Below are positions 6,080 through 10,984 of a DNA stretch of 10,984 bases, one piece after another; the stretch's first letter is position 1, and each line of letters begins with the position of its first letter. The stretch lies in assembly GCA_045862955.1 (NCBI GenBank), contig BTVI01000067.1, positions 1-10,984 on the forward strand, read 5' to 3'. Below the pieces are notes generated by a model. That model saw only the letters and a program-made list of their open reading frames with translations. It ran no database searches and was not told the DNA's origin. Both the position numbers and the translations under genes were made by a program. This DNA comes from Fimbriimonadales bacterium (lineage in GTDB: Bacteria; Armatimonadota; Fimbriimonadia; Fimbriimonadales; JABRVX01).

Positions 6080-7096
6080 ATGAAGGTCCTGGTCTTGGGT
6101 GGTACGCTCTTCATCGGCCCACAGGTAGTGCGCCGACTTGTCCGCGAGGGTTGTGAGGTGACCGTCTTCCACCGCGGAAGGAGCAATGCAGAGCTGCCCG
6201 GTACCGTCAAGCACCTCACAGGCGACCGGACCGACCTCCGAGGCCACGCCGAGGCCCTTCGGGCCGAGCGGCCCGACGTCGTGCTCGACATGCGCCCGCT
6301 CGACAATACCGACGCGGAGGCGGTCCTCGACGTGTTCGTCGGCTTCGCGAGGCGATCGGTCGCCATCAGCAGCGTGGACGTCTACCGGGCCTACGGCAAG
6401 CTCATCGGCATTGAGAAGGGACCTCCCGACCCCGTTCCGCTTACCGAGGACTCACCGCTTCGCGCACGCCTCTATCCCTACCGAGGCGAAACCCCTCGCG
6501 CGCCAGACGACCCCAGGAGAAGGCTCGACGATTACGACAAGATCCTCGCCGAGAAGGTCTTCCTTTCCGACGATCGGCTTCCGGGCACCGTGCTGCGGCT
6601 CCCGATGGTGTACGGACCTCTCGACTATCAGCACCGTCTGTACCCGTACCTGAAGCGCATGGACGACGGACGCCCCGTGATTCTGCTGGACGAAGTTCAG
6701 TACCACTGGCGCGACTCGCGTGCGTACGTGGGAAACGTGGGGCACGCCATCGCGCTCGCCGTGATGCGCGATGAGGCAGCAGGCCGGGTGTACAACGTGG
6801 CGGAGCCGCAGCCGTACACGGAAGCCGACTGGGTGAGGCGCGTGGGCCGGGCAGTCGGCTGGAACGGCGAGGTCGTTGCGGTCCCAGCGGGCCGACTGGG
6901 TGAGGAGGGTGATTTCCGCCATGAGTTGGCGGTGGATTCCACCCGCATCCGTACCGAGCTGGGATACGTCGAAGAAGTTCCCGAAGAGCGCGCGCTGGCC
7001 GAAACGGTGGACTGGGAGCGAGCCCATCCACCCGACCCGGCTCCTGAATTCGACTACCGCGAGGAAGACCGCATTCTCACCGAGCTTTCCGGCTGA
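6080..7096 (+). CDS. NAD-dependent epimerase/dehydratase family protein (atypical SDR)
   Basis: MKVLVLGGTLFIG Rossmann start, ISSVDVY, LRLPMVYGP and VYNV motifs. AAAGGAG SD 6 nt before ATG 6080; 338 aa. Has DDYDK rather than a canonical YxxxK. Confidence 0.92.
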   Translation: MKVLVLGGTLFIGPQVVRRLVREGCEVTVFHRGRSNAELPGTVKHLTGDRTDLRGHAEALRAERPDVVLDMRPLDNTDAEAVLDVFVGFARRSVAISSVDVYRAYGKLIGIEKGPPDPVPLTEDSPLRARLYPYRGETPRAPDDPRRRLDDYDKILAEKVFLSDDRLPGTVLRLPMVYGPLDYQHRLYPYLKRMDDGRPVILLDEVQYHWRDSRAYVGNVGHAIALAVMRDEAAGRVYNVAEPQPYTEADWVRRVGRAVGWNGEVVAVPAGRLGEEGDFRHELAVDSTRIRTELGYVEEVPEERALAETVDWERAHPPDPAPEFDYREEDRILTELSG

Positions 7097-7099
7097 TCG

Positions 7100-7128
7100 T
7101 TGCGAAAGCGAAAGTCCTCTGTTAGAAT
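7100..7128 (+). promoter_or_regulatory. Sigma70-type promoter for the di-heme oxidoreductase gene
   Basis: TTGCGA (7100-7105), 17 nt spacer, TAGAAT (7123-7128), with extended -10 TG at 7120-7121. Confidence 0.65.
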
Positions 7129-7194
7129 GAGGAAGTCGCGGCGTTTAGCGCCGCGAAGATTTGCTCCCTAGGGAGCGAAGCAGGAGTGAAGGAG

Positions 7195-8625
7195 ATGCAG
7201 CTTGGAAAACGCGGCCTAGTAGCCGCATTCGGCGCATTCGGGTTGGCAGGCCTGTTCGTCAGTTCCACCATCTCTCAGGCACCGGGAGATACGCCGGTTC
7301 TGCCTGGTCACCTCGACCAGTCACAAATCGAAAACAATAGGTATTCGCTCGACGACCTGGTGAACTTCGGGCGATTCCTGTTCACCGCCAAGTTCAACAA
7401 GCTGGACGGTTTCGGGCGTCCGGCTGCGACAGGCGATGGCAACCCGACGAAACGCATTCCCGGCTCGGCACCTTTCATGATCCGAACCTCGGGCCCGGAG
7501 GCGGGTTCCTGTGCCAGTTGCCACAACGAGCCGGAGGCCGGCGGCTCGGGGGACTTCGTCGCCAACGTTTTCGTGCTGGCTCAGGTTCGCGACCCCGTCG
7601 TCGAGTCCATTTCATCCGAGTTCAGCAACGAGCGGAACACCCTCGGCATGCACGGCTCGGGCGCCATCGAGATGCTTGCCAGGGAGATGACGGCCGACAT
7701 GCATGCCATCCGCGCTGACGCTATTGCGGCAGCCAGGCGGTCGGGACAGCCGGTCACGCGGGAGCTTCGGACGAAGGACGTTTCCTTCGGCAAGATCACT
7801 GCAAAGCCCGATGGCAGTGTGGACACCTCGCAGGTGGAAGGCGTAGACCCTGACCTGATCATCAAACCCTTCCACCAAAAGGGCGTCGTGAACTCCGTGC
7901 GCGTGTTCACGGTGAATGCGTTCAACCACCACCACGGGATGCAGGCCGTCGAGCGCTTCGGCATGCAGCGAACGGGGGAGGCCGACTTCGACGAGGACGG
8001 TGTGACGGACGAGCTCTCGGTAGGAGACATCACGGCGGCAACCATCTTCCAGGTGGCGCTAGCCATCCCACAGCAGGTGATGCCGAAGAAGGGCAGCGAG
8101 GTCGCCTCCGTGGTTCGCGGCCAGAATCTGTTCGAGCAGATCGGCTGCGCAGACTGCCATCGCCCTGCGTTGATCCTGAACAACCCGGTCTACTCTGAGC
8201 CGAACCCGTACAACCCGCCTGGCAATCTGCGCCCGCAGGACGTGCGGAGGTCGTTCCAGTTCGACCTGACCAAGCACGGGTTGGGGAACCGACTGGAGAG
8301 GCTACCGGGCGGCAAAGCGGTGGTCCGAGCGTACACCGATCTGAAGCGACACGTGATCTGCGACGAGCAGGATCCGTTTTTTGCGAACGAGCGAATCGTT
8401 CAGGGCGGAGTGCCATTGGACCAGTTCATCACCCGCAAGCTATGGGACGTTGGGAGTTCGGGTCCCTGGGGCCACCGAGGCGACTGCATGAGCATCGGCG
8501 AGGCGATCGTGCACCATGCCGGCGAGGCCAGAGCATCGCGCGAGAGGTACCTCGCGCTCACGGAGCAGCAGCGACGGGACATCGTGAACTTCCTGAAGAC
8601 ATTGCAGGTGGTGCCAGCTAGGTAG
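7195..8625 (+). CDS. Secreted di-heme c-type oxidoreductase (DUF1111/DHOR-like, putative peroxidase or thiol oxidoreductase)
   Basis: Signal-peptide-like N-terminus; two CxxCH motifs (SCASCH, IGCADCH); RNT..G.GAIE, AYTDLKRH, T..LW.VG...P.GH.G, AI..H.GEA and C-terminal IVNFLKTL. ATG 7195 has AGGAG 8 nt upstream (alternative GTG at 7186). Confidence 0.85.
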   Translation: MQLGKRGLVAAFGAFGLAGLFVSSTISQAPGDTPVLPGHLDQSQIENNRYSLDDLVNFGRFLFTAKFNKLDGFGRPAATGDGNPTKRIPGSAPFMIRTSGPEAGSCASCHNEPEAGGSGDFVANVFVLAQVRDPVVESISSEFSNERNTLGMHGSGAIEMLAREMTADMHAIRADAIAAARRSGQPVTRELRTKDVSFGKITAKPDGSVDTSQVEGVDPDLIIKPFHQKGVVNSVRVFTVNAFNHHHGMQAVERFGMQRTGEADFDEDGVTDELSVGDITAATIFQVALAIPQQVMPKKGSEVASVVRGQNLFEQIGCADCHRPALILNNPVYSEPNPYNPPGNLRPQDVRRSFQFDLTKHGLGNRLERLPGGKAVVRAYTDLKRHVICDEQDPFFANERIVQGGVPLDQFITRKLWDVGSSGPWGHRGDCMSIGEAIVHHAGEARASRERYLALTEQQRRDIVNFLKTLQVVPAR

Positions 8626-8628
8626 AAG

Positions 8629-9939
8629 CTACAGCAGACCGCGGGCTTTGATGGATGTGTACTCGTTGACCAACGCGGCAGCGAGATACTCGGGTTCTGC
8701 ATCCACCACCCGAATGCCTGCATTCTGCAAGCGAGTAACGGCGGCCCGGCGATCCTCCGAGACGTGGGTCGCCACCGCCCGCTTATACAGGTCCATCGGG
8801 GTGTCGGGCGTTCGGATCGTCAGGCTCTCTAGCTTCGGGTCGGCAACGGCGACTGCCATGCATAGGTGATGGCTGCGAAGTGCGAGTAGGGCGGACAGTG
8901 TCCCCTCCGAGCTTTCCGGCTCCACCAGGTCCGTGAAAACCACTACCAGTGAACGCCTCCGCCAGCGCGCACGCAGGTAGTTCAAAGCACGTTGCAGATC
9001 GGATTCCACGGCTTCCGGCTGCAGGCCGTGCAGCTCCTGCAGTATCCTACCAATCTGCGTCCGTCCCTTTTGTGGGGCGACGAAGCGCACTACGCGATCG
9101 TGATAGAGCAGCAACCCGACGCGGTCCTGCGCTTCCACGGCGGCATGGGCTAGCATGAGCGCCGCGTCTATCACGTGATCGTACTTGCTCACGCCCTCCA
9201 CCTCCGCCATCATCAGTCGTCCGAGATCCAGCGCGAGTATCACCGGTTGGCTCCGCTCGGCCTGATATTGCCGAACTACGGGCTTGCCCCGCCGCGCAGT
9301 CGCTTTCCAGTCCAACCTCCTAATGTCATCCCCTACCTGGTACTCGCGCAATGACTCGAACTCCGAGCCCGTGCCCTTCAGCATGGCACGGCGGATACCC
9401 ATCTCCCGCAGGTGCCCGCGACGCATGAGCAGATCGTATTTTCGCAGTGCGAGGATGTTAGGATAGACCGCCACCTGCGTGCGCAGCGGCAGCCGATACG
9501 TTCGCAACATCAAGCCGAGGGGTGCCGGCACCCGCAAGAAGAGCTCCCGAAACTCGAACGACCCCCTGTTGGGAGGTGTGACGTGATACCGGATCACCGT
9601 GTCCTTGCCAGGCTCGAGCACGACCTCGTGAGAAGTACGATCCGTATCGAACTCAGGCGGCGGCTCGTCGCGTATCGCGGCGTGTAGTAGCTGGGTCCCC
9701 CGGTAGCCAATGTTCAGCATCACCAAGTTCGGCGTACGCGCCGATAGCACGGGATCGTGACTCCTAAGGGCATGGAATCGGTCTGCTCCTGGTGCTAGGC
9801 GATAGGTGATTAGTGCTATTACTAGCAGCCCTACGTCCCAGGCGACCAGGTACAGCACGAAACCCTCCGACAGCATCGCTGCCAGCCCGAACACGCTCCC
9901 GGCGAGCAGCAAAATCCAGAACCGGCGGGTGAACACCAT
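8629..9939 (-). CDS. DUF58 domain membrane protein (VWA-like, usually MoxR-associated)
   Basis: Two N-terminal hydrophobic segments; G.GSEFESLREYQVGDDIRRLDWKATARR signature; ILALDLGRLM, DRVGL and RRSLVVVFTD motifs; 436 aa. Confidence 0.93.
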   Translation of the reverse strand: MVFTRRFWILLLAGSVFGLAAMLSEGFVLYLVAWDVGLLVIALITYRLAPGADRFHALRSHDPVLSARTPNLVMLNIGYRGTQLLHAAIRDEPPPEFDTDRTSHEVVLEPGKDTVIRYHVTPPNRGSFEFRELFLRVPAPLGLMLRTYRLPLRTQVAVYPNILALRKYDLLMRRGHLREMGIRRAMLKGTGSEFESLREYQVGDDIRRLDWKATARRGKPVVRQYQAERSQPVILALDLGRLMMAEVEGVSKYDHVIDAALMLAHAAVEAQDRVGLLLYHDRVVRFVAPQKGRTQIGRILQELHGLQPEAVESDLQRALNYLRARWRRRSLVVVFTDLVEPESSEGTLSALLALRSHHLCMAVAVADPKLESLTIRTPDTPMDLYKRAVATHVSEDRRAAVTRLQNAGIRVVDAEPEYLAAALVNEYTSIKARGLL

Positions 9940-9945
9940 GTGCCG

Positions 9946-10005
9946 AGTCTACCTACGGAGCGCTGCGCGGAGCCCTTGCCGAGGCTCATCAGTTCGCGCG
10001 ATAAT
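9946..10005. promoter_or_regulatory. Divergent -10 elements directly ahead of the DUF58 and RDD start codons
   Basis: Minus strand TAGACT (9951-9946) + 6 nt + ATG 9939; plus strand GATAAT (10000-10005) + 7 nt + ATG 10013. Confidence 0.45.
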
Positions 10006-10012
10006 GGGAGCG

Positions 10013-10774
10013 ATGCGGCAAGAAGTCACCATCCTCACCCCCGAGAAGGTGGAGCTGAGCTTTCGACTTGCGGGAGTGGCCTCTCGAACCGGCGCGGTCC
10101 TGCTCGATATCGGAATCTGGCTCATTGCTTGCATCGCGGCGATGACAGGGTGGGCTTGGCTATCGTCGCGCTTGTCTGTGCCCGAAAACCTAGCCGTCAC
10201 CGGATTCATCATTATCTTATACTGCTCAGTGGTCGGCTTCTCGCTCTACTTCATCCTGTTGACCTGGCTGAAGCGCGGGCAAACCCTGGGCAAGCGGATG
10301 GTAGGTTTGAGAGTCATCAGTCAGAACGGAGGAGAGGTGTCGCTGCCCTCCGCGGTGTTGCGCACGCTGCTCATGGTGGCAGACGCGTTTCCCGTGCTGC
10401 TGTTAGTAGATGTAGTCCTGCTGTTCCTCTCGAGTCGTTGCCAGCGCTTAGGTGACATGGTGGCAGGCACGTTGGTAGTGATCGCCCGGAACCCACACCA
10501 AGTATCCGGCGAGGCCATGCCGCCGCAAGCGTGGAATCCGTATTTGGACTGCGTGCATTCCGTCTCACGACTCGACGAGCAGGACCTACAGGCCATCCGC
10601 ACACTACTGAATCGCTATCCCGACCTAGACAAGCGGGTCCGCGACCGCCTGCGTGCAGAGATTTGGGAGTCGGTTAGCTCTCGAGCGGACACCCAGTTCC
10701 CGGCCGACGCCCCGACGCTTCAGCGTCTTCAAGCCATCGCCGCCAAACTCGAGCGCGACCTAGAGCGGCGGTAA
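10013..10774 (+). CDS. RDD family membrane protein
   Basis: ILTPEKVELSFRLAGVASR..A.LLD, GQTLGKRMVGLRV and QRLGDMVAGTLVV motifs plus hydrophobic helices. Start moved from 9806, which overlaps DUF58, to ATG 10013; 253 aa. Confidence 0.93.
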   Translation: MRQEVTILTPEKVELSFRLAGVASRTGAVLLDIGIWLIACIAAMTGWAWLSSRLSVPENLAVTGFIIILYCSVVGFSLYFILLTWLKRGQTLGKRMVGLRVISQNGGEVSLPSAVLRTLLMVADAFPVLLLVDVVLLFLSSRCQRLGDMVAGTLVVIARNPHQVSGEAMPPQAWNPYLDCVHSVSRLDEQDLQAIRTLLNRYPDLDKRVRDRLRAEIWESVSSRADTQFPADAPTLQRLQAIAAKLERDLERR

Positions 10775-10830
10775 GCCCCGGCCGTTTCCCCTTCGTTTCA
10801 GGTGATGAGCAGCGTGCTGGACGAACGGCT

Positions 10831-10930
10831 GGATGCCGACCGAAACGCATGAAGCAGTTGCCTGACGAATCGCATCAAGCGGTTGCCTGCCGAATCGCAT
10901 CAAGTGGCCGCCTACCGAATCGCATCCAGC
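10831..10930. repeat. Tandem repeat, 4 x 25 bp, consensus approximately GGTTGCCT(G/A)CCGAATCGCATCAAGC
   Basis: Units: 10831 ggatgccgaccgaaacgcatgaagc; 10856 agttgcctgacgaatcgcatcaagc; 10881 ggttgcctgccgaatcgcatcaagt; 10906 ggccgcctaccgaatcgcatccagc. Confidence 0.9.
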
Positions 10931-10975
10931 GGTTCCCCCTGCAGCGCAGCGGAAGGGGGAACCTCGAGGAGGGGG
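10931..10975. repeat. REP-like extragenic palindrome
   Basis: Perfect 10 bp stem GGTTCCCCCT (10931-10940) / AGGGGGAACC (10954-10963) followed by TCGAGGAGGGGG; same hairpin-plus-GAGGGGG-tail layout as the 5799-5840 element. Confidence 0.75.
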
Positions 10976-10984
10976 TCCACCGAT

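Noticed and set aside
9806..10012. N-terminal extension of the RDD ORF
   Set aside because: Overlaps the DUF58 gene on the opposite strand; family similarity starts at MRQEVTILTPE.
1119..10604. The many remaining 60-240 aa ORFs overlapping the called genes
   Set aside because: Antisense or alternate-frame ORFs expected in high-GC coding DNA, with no recognisable motifs.
10805..10852. Small ORF MSSVLDERLDADRNA
   Set aside because: Only 15 codons, no convincing SD, and it ends within the tandem repeat.
10831..10930. CRISPR array
   Set aside because: Units are contiguous with no unique spacers.

Overview
GC-rich bacterial chromosomal window, mostly housekeeping and conserved hypothetical genes. 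Left to right: a 3'-truncated secreted Cys-rich protein gene missed by the ORF track (<1..1006, -); a diacylglycerol-kinase-family lipid kinase and phosphopentomutase deoB (+); lysS and a greA-family gene (-); a ~690 bp intergenic region packed with palindromes and repeats; an atypical SDR/NAD-dependent epimerase (+); a secreted di-heme (2x CxxCH) oxidoreductase of the DUF1111/DHOR type (+); a divergent DUF58 (-) / RDD (+) pair; and at the right end a 4 x 25 bp tandem repeat fused to a REP-like hairpin. No transposase, integrase, cas gene, tRNA or rRNA was seen. The most unusual signals are the structured 5390-6079 region (three multi-stem modules, a REP-like hairpin, a 19 bp direct repeat and a 29+32+29 bp repeat-spacer-repeat unit that supplies the downstream RBS), a Gre factor with a non-canonical acidic tip, and three apparently leaderless genes. 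All calls come from reading motifs by eye. No searches were run, and I cannot establish a new system from this window alone.
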